Of a DNA stretch of 64,000 nucleotides, positions 1 through 8,890 are shown piece by piece (within the stretch, counting starts at the first letter, position 1; each line of letters starts with the position of its first letter). Below the pieces are notes generated by a model. The model worked only from the letters and a program-made list of their open reading frames with translations, was not told the DNA's origin and searched no databases. Made by a program: the position numbers and the translations under genes. Location of the stretch: IMG/VR virus record IMGVR_UViG_3300036939_000049, positions 37,253 to 101,252 of that record. The stretch is one strand, 5' to 3'. The stretch comes from a virus.

Positions 1-1
1 T

Positions 2-1237
2 GAAAGTATTCGGCAGCAACTTTTACAAGAATGGGAGCAAATCAGTCCCAATGTCACTTACAACCAAACCGCTGAATTGACCAAACTGTTAGCCGAACAG
101 TACAACATTCACCTAGAGAAGTTGGATAAAACTGAGCTAGCGGCACATCAAGATAATCCATTGGTTAAGCTCCGGCTTAAACTCAAGGCTTTGGATGTGA
201 AGCTCAACAACCTAAAAGCATTTGCTCGGTCGGCGGTGCGTGATGGGCGTGTGCACACAACCTACCGAACGCTTACGGGATTTGGTCGGTTTAGTAGTGG
301 CGAGTCTAAAAACTTTGACGATTTACCCAACTTACAGTCTATCTCCGCTAAAGACAGCCCGATGATTAGCGAGTACAAACTCCCTAATCCAAGGTCAACC
401 ATCAAACCTCCCCCAGGTTATGCGATGGGTGTTATTGACTTGGCGGGTGCTCATGGTCGGATTGCGGCTGACCAAGCAGAAGATGAAACCGCGATCGCAG
501 GAAATAATGACAAATCAATAGACAACCACAGCAAAGTTGCAGTTTACATTGCTAAATGTCAAGGATTGGATTGGACATGGGAGGACATTGCTCGGCTTCG
601 TGAGGAACCGTCTGACGAAGGGAAGAAAGCGGATGCGTTTCGATCCACAGCAAAAAATACCTATTATGGTTGGCTTAACGGCGCTGGTGCTGGACGCATT
701 CAAGACCAAATTACTGCTAATACTGGAAAAGAACCAAAGCTTGAAGACTGCGAAGCTGCTATTGAAGGGTGTAAGGTGCTTTACCCTAAAGTGTTGAAAC
801 ATCGTGCAGCACTTCACAAGCGTTTAGTGAAAACGGCTGTTGAGGTTGATGGGCGTAAAGTCGCTGTGAATAAAACCTCAGATGGGTTTAGGATTTTGCT
901 CCCATTAGTCGCCAATCGCAACAACCCAGATCGTCTAGAAGCACCCTACACACAATCTCTTGCAGCGATTTGGACGCGAATTGAAGCCACAGCCGTAAAA
1001 AGGGCTTTACCCAAAATCCAATATCTAATCAACCAATACCCTGAATGGGATTTGCAGATTATTGGGGTAGTTCACGATGAAGTGGATGTGTTGGTCAAAG
1101 AAGAATTTGCCCAGGTCGCGATTATGCAAGTTAATGACTTGATTGGGGATGAATTCAAAGCCCAGCTTAAGTACGTGATTGATGGGCGAAAAACCAATTG
1201 GAAAAAATTAATTGTTCCATCGTGGGCTGACAAGTAA
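2..1237 (+). CDS. DNA polymerase family A, polymerase domain (5'-truncated by window edge)
   Basis: Frame is open from position 2. Contains GRFSS..PNLQ, motif A-like IDLAGAHGRIAA, motif B RSTAKNTYYG and motif C VHDE. Confidence 0.9.
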   Translation, partial: ESIRQQLLQEWEQISPNVTYNQTAELTKLLAEQYNIHLEKLDKTELAAHQDNPLVKLRLKLKALDVKLNNLKAFARSAVRDGRVHTTYRTLTGFGRFSSGESKNFDDLPNLQSISAKDSPMISEYKLPNPRSTIKPPPGYAMGVIDLAGAHGRIAADQAEDETAIAGNNDKSIDNHSKVAVYIAKCQGLDWTWEDIARLREEPSDEGKKADAFRSTAKNTYYGWLNGAGAGRIQDQITANTGKEPKLEDCEAAIEGCKVLYPKVLKHRAALHKRLVKTAVEVDGRKVAVNKTSDGFRILLPLVANRNNPDRLEAPYTQSLAAIWTRIEATAVKRALPKIQYLINQYPEWDLQIIGVVHDEVDVLVKEEFAQVAIMQVNDLIGDEFKAQLKYVIDGRKTNWKKLIVPSWADK

Positions 1238-1298
1238 TTTTTGTAGGTTAACTATCGCTGATGCGTTACATCACTATCACATCTGGGACAATTAAAAA

Positions 1299-4200
1299 AT
1301 GAAACCTCCTCACTTCGCCAAACGCCCAAAACCCCCGCTCCCGTCAGACGCCCCTACACTAGTCACTGCGTTTAGCTGCGGCGGGTTGTTTGATGTTGGT
1401 GCGTGGCATGCTGGGTTTCGACCTGTATTAGCCGTTGAGTTTTACCCAGCAAAAGGCAAGAAAGATGACAAAGTTAAACAGCGCCAGTCCGCCGCTGCGG
1501 CGGATAACTACGAGCGAAATTTAGGTAAGCACGTTGTCCGCAAAACCATTGAAGATGCTGTGCGCGATCGCGTCTTCGCCAATCACATTCAGCAACACGG
1601 AAGACCCAACGCCTTCCACTGTTCCCCCAGTTGCACCATGTTTAGTCAGGGGAATACCAAGGGTGTAGAAGATGAAGGGGATATTAGTGCCGCAATTGCA
1701 GTGACACATGCGATCGCACAGCTGAATTTTCCTGAAATTTTTACCCTGGAAAATGTCGATGCTTATCAAAAGTCAAAATCGTGGGCAATCATTCGCGACT
1801 TTCTCTACGCCAACGGGTACGGCGTATCGGGTGATGTGGTATTTGCTTCGGACTACGGAAATCTTGAGACGGGTGAGGGCGTGCCCCAAGACCGGAAGCG
1901 CTTTATTGTTCGCGCTGTAAAAAACCACTTTGCCCCACCGCTCCCGCCTAGACTTCCTCAGCGGATGGGATGGTTGAACGCGATCGTGGACTTAATTGAG
2001 GATCTACCTGAAGGTGAACTCGCACCGTGGCAACTTCAAAGACTACCAGCGTTGGTCAAGAGTGTACTTGTTGACGCAAAGAATATTCATCCCAACGACA
2101 AAATAACCACTAGAGAATTTGATCAGCCTGCATTTACCGTAACGAGTGACGATCGTTGTAGGATGCAAGCGTATTTGGTTCGCAACGATAACACCAAGCA
2201 GGAGTGGGGAAAAGGTTATCGAGAAGGGGAAGAACCATCGGCTACAGTTACTGCTACTTACGTCCCTTCGGCTGTGTTGCTGAACGGGCAGAACGCTTCT
2301 GGTAAAGAGGTTCCGCACAGACAAGAAGCTGAACCTGCATTCTCTATTACGACAGGAGCGAAGTGGGCATCGGCGTTATTAGTTGAGCGGGCCGGCGCAA
2401 GCGATGCGCGTATCACAGTTCGTACTGCCGAAGAACCAGCCTGGACTCTTCGCTCCTCCATCGGCACTGACCAAGATGGACGCAACCGCAATGAAGTGAT
2501 GAACGTGGTGATGGGGTATCGGGTCAAGCGATTGAATGCTCGTGCGATCGCGCGACTCCAATCTGTACCCGACTGGTATGAGCTGCCCGACCAAATGAAA
2601 GACGCCGGTCCACTACTGGGGAATGGGGTGCCATGCCTACTGGCAGAAGCGATTATGAAATCACTACTACGGTTCGTTCAGAAGTCTGAGAGTTCACTCT
2701 CACTTAAATCTCAGTTAACCCTTAATTCAAGTTGCGCTCGAACTGAACTCGACATTCAGTCCTCTGAAACAGCTCTGAACGGACTCTGCACGCCCAGTGA
2801 AAATTCAGTGTCAGTTAACTCTCAGTTCACTCCTAATTCAGATCGCGGACAAAGTGAGTTCACTCTATTAAAGGCATCGAACTCGACCAGTCCTCAAAAC
2901 GAAACACTGAACGGACTCCGAACGGTTACTGAAAATTTAGCGTCACTTCAAGAGCAATTCAATCCCAGTTCAATCCCAGTTCAGTCTCAGTTCAGTCTCA
3001 GTTTAACTCCGGTTAAATCACGGAAACCTTTTTTGAAGTGGGCGGGTAAAAAGACTTGGGCGATCGCACTTCTCGAAGAACTGTATGCTCCGCACCGACA
3101 TAAACGCTACCGCGATTTAACCTTAGGCTCAGGTGCAATCCCACTTGCACTTAAGCCCAATCGCGCTTACCTCTCGGATAAAAACCCGTTTCTTATCCAG
3201 TTGTGGGAGTGGGTTAAGTCTGACGGAAAGCTTACCCTTGACCTGCGGACGGATAAGGATTACTACTTAGAGTGTCGAGAGCGGTTTAATACTGGCGATC
3301 CGCAGCAAGCGGAGTTACTCTACTACCTCAACCACACCTGCTGGCGAGGGCTGTATCGCTCTAGCAAAGATAAGTTTTTCAATGTACCGTGGGGCGAGTA
3401 CAAAGAATTTCACGGGCAGACCGACCTTACCCATTACAAGCAAGTAATTGGAAACTGGGAGTTTGCAGTTGAATCCTGGGACGAAAGCTTGCGCCACGTC
3501 CAGGATGATGACTTTATCGTTTTTGACCCACCGTACCACTCAGTCAGCGGCAAAGGGTTTACTCAGTACTGTGGTTCATTCACAGAAGCCGACCAAGTAC
3601 TAGCCGCCCAAACTTTATCTGAGTTGGGCGTACCCGTTGTGGCATTCAACGCCGCTACTGACTTCATCCTCGATCTGTATCGAGGTCTAAACTTTGACGT
3701 TCAACTACATGAGGCTCCTCGCATGATTTCTTCTACAGGCGATCGCGCACCTGCGCTTGAAATGGTCGCGACCAAAAATACACAAGAGCAAAAGCTGGTC
3801 TATATTGAGAATTTCCTTGAGTCTAGACAAGCACAACCGGATGATTCCGAACTCATGTACACGAATCGTGTACATGAATCTGAAGCTACTGAGGGTGACT
3901 TAACCTACGATGAGCAACGCGATCGCGCTCACCTCGAACGGAAAGTTGAAGGGGCGTTCTATGAGGCCGGTAAAGCGCTGAAGGAGTTACGTGATCTCAG
4001 GTTGTACCGGACAACGCACAACGACTTTGAAAGTTACTGCTTAGATCGATTTGGCTTTGGTCGCCAGAATGCCCATAAACAAATCAAAGCCGCCGACGTT
4101 TTCGAGATTCTGTCTACGAATCATGTACAGATTTTGCCTTCTTGTGTTGATCAAGCTGCCCCGCTGGCACATGCTGACCTGACGGATGAGCAGCGGATTA

Positions 4201-4775
4201 AGCTGTGGGAAGACTTAACTCAAGATGGAAGACCCCCGAATGGGAAAAAAGTCAGGAATGCGGTGGCTGAGATTTGTGATCGGCAGGCTGCGCGAGGAGA
4301 GTACCATAATCCCTGGCAAGTAGGGGATTTGTGCCAGATTCATAAAAAAGGCGACGGGACTTTAGCCAAATACGACGGAATGTGGGGTATTGTCCGCGAA
4401 GTTAAAACCAGACAGTGTATTGTTAAAGTCTGGGATGGGGAGCTGCTGGTGAAAGCTGAAAATCTGGAACCTCTGGAACTAGGAGAAGAATTTGTTGCGG
4501 TGTGCGATCGCGTCCGATCGCTCATGTCCCGCCACATAGATGGGGACATCACCCTCAAACGTGGTCAGCTTAGATTCCTTGAGGCGCTGGGTGAGCAAGC
4601 TAAGTTTTTTGAGCCTGAAGATGTGGATATGCTTGCCTATATCGAGAACTTAACCGCTAACCACGATGCTTCTTTGAAACAGGCTACTCAGTTGCTGGTT
4701 GAGAACATTGAGGACTTGAGTGAAGTCGATGCGCGATCACTTTACGACGCCCTTCGCACTGTACACGAATTCTGA
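1299..4775 (+). CDS. Fusion of C5-cytosine DNA methyltransferase, Ser-rich linker, Dam-like (D12-class) N6-adenine methyltransferase and C-terminal putative HTH DNA-binding domain
   Basis: C5 motifs FSCGG, SPSC, ENV, QDRKR, GNGVP. Dam-like motifs FLKWAGKK and DPPY. The C-terminal LERKVEGAFYEAGKALKELRDLRLYR...FESYCLDRFG domain resembles a family I recognise from cyanobacterial plasmids. Confidence 0.88.
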   Translation: MKPPHFAKRPKPPLPSDAPTLVTAFSCGGLFDVGAWHAGFRPVLAVEFYPAKGKKDDKVKQRQSAAAADNYERNLGKHVVRKTIEDAVRDRVFANHIQQHGRPNAFHCSPSCTMFSQGNTKGVEDEGDISAAIAVTHAIAQLNFPEIFTLENVDAYQKSKSWAIIRDFLYANGYGVSGDVVFASDYGNLETGEGVPQDRKRFIVRAVKNHFAPPLPPRLPQRMGWLNAIVDLIEDLPEGELAPWQLQRLPALVKSVLVDAKNIHPNDKITTREFDQPAFTVTSDDRCRMQAYLVRNDNTKQEWGKGYREGEEPSATVTATYVPSAVLLNGQNASGKEVPHRQEAEPAFSITTGAKWASALLVERAGASDARITVRTAEEPAWTLRSSIGTDQDGRNRNEVMNVVMGYRVKRLNARAIARLQSVPDWYELPDQMKDAGPLLGNGVPCLLAEAIMKSLLRFVQKSESSLSLKSQLTLNSSCARTELDIQSSETALNGLCTPSENSVSVNSQFTPNSDRGQSEFTLLKASNSTSPQNETLNGLRTVTENLASLQEQFNPSSIPVQSQFSLSLTPVKSRKPFLKWAGKKTWAIALLEELYAPHRHKRYRDLTLGSGAIPLALKPNRAYLSDKNPFLIQLWEWVKSDGKLTLDLRTDKDYYLECRERFNTGDPQQAELLYYLNHTCWRGLYRSSKDKFFNVPWGEYKEFHGQTDLTHYKQVIGNWEFAVESWDESLRHVQDDDFIVFDPPYHSVSGKGFTQYCGSFTEADQVLAAQTLSELGVPVVAFNAATDFILDLYRGLNFDVQLHEAPRMISSTGDRAPALEMVATKNTQEQKLVYIENFLESRQAQPDDSELMYTNRVHESEATEGDLTYDEQRDRAHLERKVEGAFYEAGKALKELRDLRLYRTTHNDFESYCLDRFGFGRQNAHKQIKAADVFEILSTNHVQILPSCVDQAAPLAHADLTDEQRIKLWEDLTQDGRPPNGKKVRNAVAEICDRQAARGEYHNPWQVGDLCQIHKKGDGTLAKYDGMWGIVREVKTRQCIVKVWDGELLVKAENLEPLELGEEFVAVCDRVRSLMSRHIDGDITLKRGQLRFLEALGEQAKFFEPEDVDMLAYIENLTANHDASLKQATQLLVENIEDLSEVDARSLYDALRTVHEF
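2691..3021 (+). repeat. Three clusters of degenerate 11-bp tandem repeats (about AGTTCAnTCTC) in the MTase linker
   Basis: For example 2956-3010: aattcaatccc agttcaatccc agttcagtctc agttcagtctc agtttaactcc. Similar clusters at 2691-2756 and 2802-2867. Confidence 0.8.
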
Positions 4776-4778
4776 TAC

Positions 4779-4811
4779 AAGAAACCCCCTCGATTTTGAG
4801 GGGTTTCTTTT
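4779..4811. terminator. Bidirectional intrinsic terminator
   Basis: aagaaaccccctcgattttgaggggtttctttt between convergent genes. Confidence 0.75.
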
Positions 4812-4850
4812 TGGGTGCGCGATCGCGTTAGAACAGACGTGAACGAAAGC

Positions 4851-5603
4851 TTACTCTAGAGCCTTCTTGACTTTTTCTCCCGATTCAGAGCAAGCATTGC
4901 GACACGCTCTGAACCCTTGCAAATCATCAATTCGCATCTTCTTTCGTGCCAGCGCTTCAGCTAGGGTGATAGCGGCGTTTTCCACATCATCTAGAGAATC
5001 CCGAAGATTATCTTTAGCTGGAACTTTGCGCTCCAACTTAATTTCCTTGGCTTCGCCACCTAAGACGGGTTTATAAATTTCATTGGTACAGACCCCATAC
5101 TGCCAAGGCTTGTCAACACCTCGATTTTTTAACTCATCGGTTAAATAATTGCGTCCTTCAATCTCCCTTAGCCGAGTTTTAATCCACTCATCCGATTTGC
5201 CCTCTTTCTTCCACTTGGCGATCGCTCGTCCACGCGAACGAGTTATTCCTAGCTCTGGATTGGCGTCTTCTTCAATGCGCTCGGCTAGTGCGCCCAGTGC
5301 CCAAGAGTGAAACTTAGGACTCAGATATTCGGCGTAAGCAAGAGCTAGTTTTGGGATACCAAACGTCCCACCGCCTTTACCCTTGCGGGTTTCATAAATG
5401 TGGGATAGTCCCCCATTTTCATTTTTAAGGACGACTTGCAATTTTTCTGTGTCAGGTAGTCGTAGCCATTGAGCAGGGTTTCTGTTCTCTGGACAACCTT
5501 GTGCTCTCCACATATCGGTAAGACTAATCCATTTATCCGTCAACCGAATATTGATTGGACATTCGTTGTATTCCACTGCTCGAAATTTGGGTATAGTAGA
5601 CAT
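4851..5603 (-). CDS. KilA-N domain protein (phage antirepressor-like)
   Basis: ISLTDMW..P..WLRLP..KGKGGGT..LALAYAEYLSPKFH is a KilA-N signature. The C-terminus (RNYLTD..TNEIY..NLRD) resembles that of 60863-61636. Confidence 0.88.
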   Translation of the reverse strand: MSTIPKFRAVEYNECPINIRLTDKWISLTDMWRAQGCPENRNPAQWLRLPDTEKLQVVLKNENGGLSHIYETRKGKGGGTFGIPKLALAYAEYLSPKFHSWALGALAERIEEDANPELGITRSRGRAIAKWKKEGKSDEWIKTRLREIEGRNYLTDELKNRGVDKPWQYGVCTNEIYKPVLGGEAKEIKLERKVPAKDNLRDSLDDVENAAITLAEALARKKMRIDDLQGFRACRNACSESGEKVKKALE

Positions 5604-5701
5604 CGTGCATTCCTAGTTGATTAGGCGTGTACTCCCGATGGCTGGTGACACAGCGCGATCGGGGGCGGCTTTTTACGACGTCCGCCGCAGGTCAAGTGGG
5701 A

Positions 5702-5908
5702 TTACCAGTAGTTGGTATATCTCACAGGTCTGTCTGCATCGTCAGGGACAAACTTTTTCTCGGTTACATCGCGTTCTCCTTCTGGGGTTCCAGGCTTATA
5801 CCCTGCTAGAGAGCCATCCCAATTCTTGGCTTGATAAGCCTTAATCTTTGCCCAGTACTCTGTCCCGTATGACTTTTTGACAATTTTGAATGGTTTTGAT
5901 TGTGACAT
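5702..5908 (-). CDS. Hypothetical protein
   Basis: 68-aa ORF with ATG and an upstream GGAG RBS-like sequence on the minus strand. Confidence 0.55.
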   Translation of the reverse strand: MSQSKPFKIVKKSYGTEYWAKIKAYQAKNWDGSLAGYKPGTPEGERDVTEKKFVPDDADRPVRYTNYW

Positions 5909-6032
5909 GATTCACTCCTATCTGTGTTGCATTTGTGAGAGCGCGATCGCGCTATTAGATTTCTGACTTTCGTTGTCTTGGTCGTCGTTTTTGCCGATTT
6001 TTGCAGACCGCAAGACTTGATCATTAAAGAAA

Positions 6033-6242
6033 TTAAGGTTCTAACAAATCCGCAATCTCTTCAATGCCAAGGCCTGTTGCCTTACATAAATTTGCCATTT
6101 GCCTAGGGGTTAACTTTGGTATATGTATACCGCGCTCCCAGTTAGATATTGTCTGATCGGTTACTCCGATTGCATTTGCTAGTTCTCGTTGAGTCATATT
6201 TAGAGATTCTCTAAGCTTTGTCATGCGTTTTCCGGCTGTCAT
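6033..6242 (-). CDS. XRE-family helix-turn-helix regulator
   Basis: LRESLNMTQRELANAIGVTDQTISNWERG. Start placed at MTAGK. Confidence 0.9.
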   Translation of the reverse strand: MTAGKRMTKLRESLNMTQRELANAIGVTDQTISNWERGIHIPKLTPRQMANLCKATGLGIEEIADLLEP

Positions 6243-6247
6243 TCTTT

Positions 6248-6302
6248 GTTTCTTGTAAAACATTCTACTACAAGAAACTTGACCTTTTACAAGTTTCTTG
6301 TA
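6248..6302. promoter_or_regulatory. Probable operator/divergent promoter next to the XRE gene
   Basis: Inverted repeat gtttcttgta...tacaagaaac plus tacaagtttcttgta, overlapping a TTGACC hexamer. Confidence 0.55.
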
Positions 6303-6549
6303 ATACTTAGGTAAATCAAAAGCGATCGCGCCTGTCCTGACAAACTGCACGCGATCGCACTTCTAGCCCTTTCTTAAGAAGGGTTAACATATTATGCCAG
6401 ATTCAGATCAAGATCGTTCTAAAGAAAGTCAAGAGGCTCCGGATGATCGCAACGCTGATCTTTTTGAAGCTCCTGGAACTGATGCGCCTGGTCAACAATC
6501 GCTATGGGAGGTAACGGAAACACCGCCGCCGCGTATCAAGTAAAAACTT

Positions 6550-6951
6550 ATGAGGGCGTTCTACGCCCTCAAGGAAAGAAAAATGCTAGTACATGTTGTT
6601 AATGATTGTCGTTTGTTTGTTGTCAAGTACAAGATTAAGGACACATTTGTCCTGACAACATTTTTCCCTACGTACACGCCTAACGGGAGTTCCATGTTTG
6701 AGACGTTCATGCTGCCTGCGAATGAGGTAATCCCATTTTGTTCTAGTCAACATGTACCAATTCAAACATCAGGTTATGACTTTCAAATAGGCGATCGCGT
6801 TCGATACATAGGGACTGTACGAGCTATCCTTTGTTCGCTTGAAGGGAAGTTTCTGACAATAGAAACTATCGGTTTGAAAGATATTGGGTGTGTTAGAGAT
6901 GATGAGACGCATTTACGGTTTTTTTGTCCAGCTGTCCTTGAACTGATTTAA
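6550..6951 (+). CDS. Hypothetical protein with a KOW/SH3-like FQIGDRVRY motif
   Basis: ORF track; start uncertain. Confidence 0.5.
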   Translation: MRAFYALKERKMLVHVVNDCRLFVVKYKIKDTFVLTTFFPTYTPNGSSMFETFMLPANEVIPFCSSQHVPIQTSGYDFQIGDRVRYIGTVRAILCSLEGKFLTIETIGLKDIGCVRDDETHLRFFCPAVLELI

Positions 6952-7003
6952 TTTTCTTGACAAGCACAAGTACGCGATCGCGTAGACCCTTAATATCGCG
7001 TCC

Positions 7004-7032
7004 AAAACCGCTCCCAGCAGGGCGGTTTTTTT
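7004..7032. terminator. Intrinsic terminator
   Basis: aaaaccgctcccagcagggcggttttttt between convergent genes. Confidence 0.7.
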
Positions 7033-7035
7033 GTC

Positions 7036-7497
7036 TCAGAACAAAAGCTGAGTTGCCATCCGCTTTTCTAGTAGGATGTCATTGAGGCACCGCCCATCAG
7101 GAAAGAAAATCTTCCCCAGATACCTGCCGTATTTTTCCTGCTTGGTTTTGCTCTTAACTCGAATAGTTTCTAGGGTCAGCACACTCCCGATCGCGCACAG
7201 CCCTTCTACAAACTTCGCGACTTCCTTCCCTTCCTCTGTATTTTTCTCTGGTGCGTTCAGCCCATACAGTCGGATTGATTCATTCTTCAGCCACAAGGGA
7301 GAACCCGTTAGGATTTGTGCGACAAACGTGTGGGGTACAAAAATAGAGAAGCCCAGGTCAACTAGTTCAGTATCGGGAAGAATTTCGTGCAACTGGCTGA
7401 ATGAAGCCAGGTTAATATCTATAGCGAGTGTGTCACCGTCTATGACCTTGACTATCGTGACCTGGTAGAGCCATTGTGCTTTTTGCAGCTTTCTCAT
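7036..7497 (-). CDS. Thermonuclease (SNase-like)
   Basis: VIDGDT, IRLYGLNAPE, KYGRYLG, LNDILL. Confidence 0.88.
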   Translation of the reverse strand: MRKLQKAQWLYQVTIVKVIDGDTLAIDINLASFSQLHEILPDTELVDLGFSIFVPHTFVAQILTGSPLWLKNESIRLYGLNAPEKNTEEGKEVAKFVEGLCAIGSVLTLETIRVKSKTKQEKYGRYLGKIFFPDGRCLNDILLEKRMATQLLF

Positions 7498-7640
7498 TTT
7501 CGCAATTAAAAACCCCCGACATTTCGAGGGCTTGACTGGTAAAAATAATCTAAGGTTAGCTACATTTTAGCATCCCTAACTAGCAGTTTTCCCGCGTTTC
7601 TTTGGGTGTGCTTGTTCTTCACCTTTAAATATTGCATCGA

Positions 7641-8471
7641 TTATTTATTTACAGGTGTTTTTTGCGCAAATTCAATCCAATTCAAGATCGCATCTTTAAG
7701 ATTCACCCCAGCAGCTACCAGCGTCTTTACCTTGTCCTGATAGCTATTCCGGCAATGTTCTTCTGTGTCGAAATGCGACTTTCCCCAGCCGACTGCCAAA
7801 GCTTGAGCCAACTCTTGACATAATTCAGGCGATAACTCCGCAGGTAAGTGCGCATTATGATCTTGGCACCAACTAACAATCTGATCTGCACTGTGTCCTG
7901 TCACTTGGCGGATTGCTTTAATTAAGGCATTGTGTTGTGGGTACAACGCTGGTTTGGGTGTCGATGGTTGTGCCTGCTGTTTTGGCTGGGGTTTAGCTTG
8001 AGGCTGCGGAACTTCTCCGCCGAGTCGAGCAAGTGCCTGATTCATCAATGCGCCCCAATCAGCATTTTCCCAGCTACCTGCGCGGATCGGCTCGAAAGTT
8101 TCTGGGTCGCGAGCGCTCACCAGCACGTTATTTTTCTCATCCCCAGCCTTTAGTTCCAACGTGATGGGTCGCTTCAGTTGGTTGTCAGAGAGTGCTGCGA
8201 TTGTTATCAACATTCCTTTAGTGAACGCTGTATCGACACCAGAGCGCAACACGTAACGCCTGTCCGCTATTATCTCAAAGTCTGCTTTCAGTTCGTTGCC
8301 AAAACTGGTTTCAGCTTCCTTAACCTCAAGGCGCTTGAGTGTCCCTGTAAGGGCAGATTCTTGGATGTAACGCTTGGTGCTGTCATCTAAGTAGTACCAG
8401 AGGGAATTCCCTTCATTCTTGATAAAAACGTACAGACGGGTGAGTGGGGCGTGGAATCCCAGCTTAATCAT
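7641..8471 (-). CDS. Hypothetical protein with a P/Q-rich linker
   Basis: 276-aa ORF in a co-oriented block. Confidence 0.7.
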   Translation of the reverse strand: MIKLGFHAPLTRLYVFIKNEGNSLWYYLDDSTKRYIQESALTGTLKRLEVKEAETSFGNELKADFEIIADRRYVLRSGVDTAFTKGMLITIAALSDNQLKRPITLELKAGDEKNNVLVSARDPETFEPIRAGSWENADWGALMNQALARLGGEVPQPQAKPQPKQQAQPSTPKPALYPQHNALIKAIRQVTGHSADQIVSWCQDHNAHLPAELSPELCQELAQALAVGWGKSHFDTEEHCRNSYQDKVKTLVAAGVNLKDAILNWIEFAQKTPVNK

Positions 8472-8488
8472 TGTTAATTAATCCTTGG

Positions 8489-8890
8489 TTATTGGGGAAG
8501 GTTGAGGGTTAAACGTTGAATGTCGTTGGCGATGTCGGACAGGAATGTTTCTGTGAGCATCTTTTTGCTGAGTCGATGGTATTTAAATCCCAACTCCTTG
8601 GCCGCGATCGCTTTTTCTTCATCTTTATCAAATTTGATTCGATGTACTCCGCCATGAATATCGATCAAGACAGCCGGGGGTAAGAGTAATTGGGGTTTCT
8701 CCTCGTAGAAAACAATGTTGCGTCCATAGGCAAAATCAGCGCGATAACGCCGACCCGGAATAAATGGGGCTTGTGTCATTAGCGGAATATTCGGGTATAA
8801 CCGAGTCCACAAAACAGCAAAGTTTTGCTCTAGAACGCTAGAAGACATATTTTTCAAAGCTTTTAGGCTTATATCTTCCATCGTGCTCAA
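8489..8890 (-). CDS. Vsr/DUF559-like endonuclease
   Basis: RRYRADFAY..LIDIHGGVH..DEEK...A...G pattern. Confidence 0.7.
   Translation of the reverse strand: MSTMEDISLKALKNMSSSVLEQNFAVLWTRLYPNIPLMTQAPFIPGRRYRADFAYGRNIVFYEEKPQLLLPPAVLIDIHGGVHRIKFDKDEEKAIAAKELGFKYHRLSKKMLTETFLSDIANDIQRLTLNLPQ

Noticed and set aside
3856-3874. 19-bp motif as canonical parS, NtcA or LexA box
   Set aside because: Differs from TGTTTCACGTGAAACA, and the GTA-TAC spacing is 11 nt rather than the 8 nt of NtcA sites.
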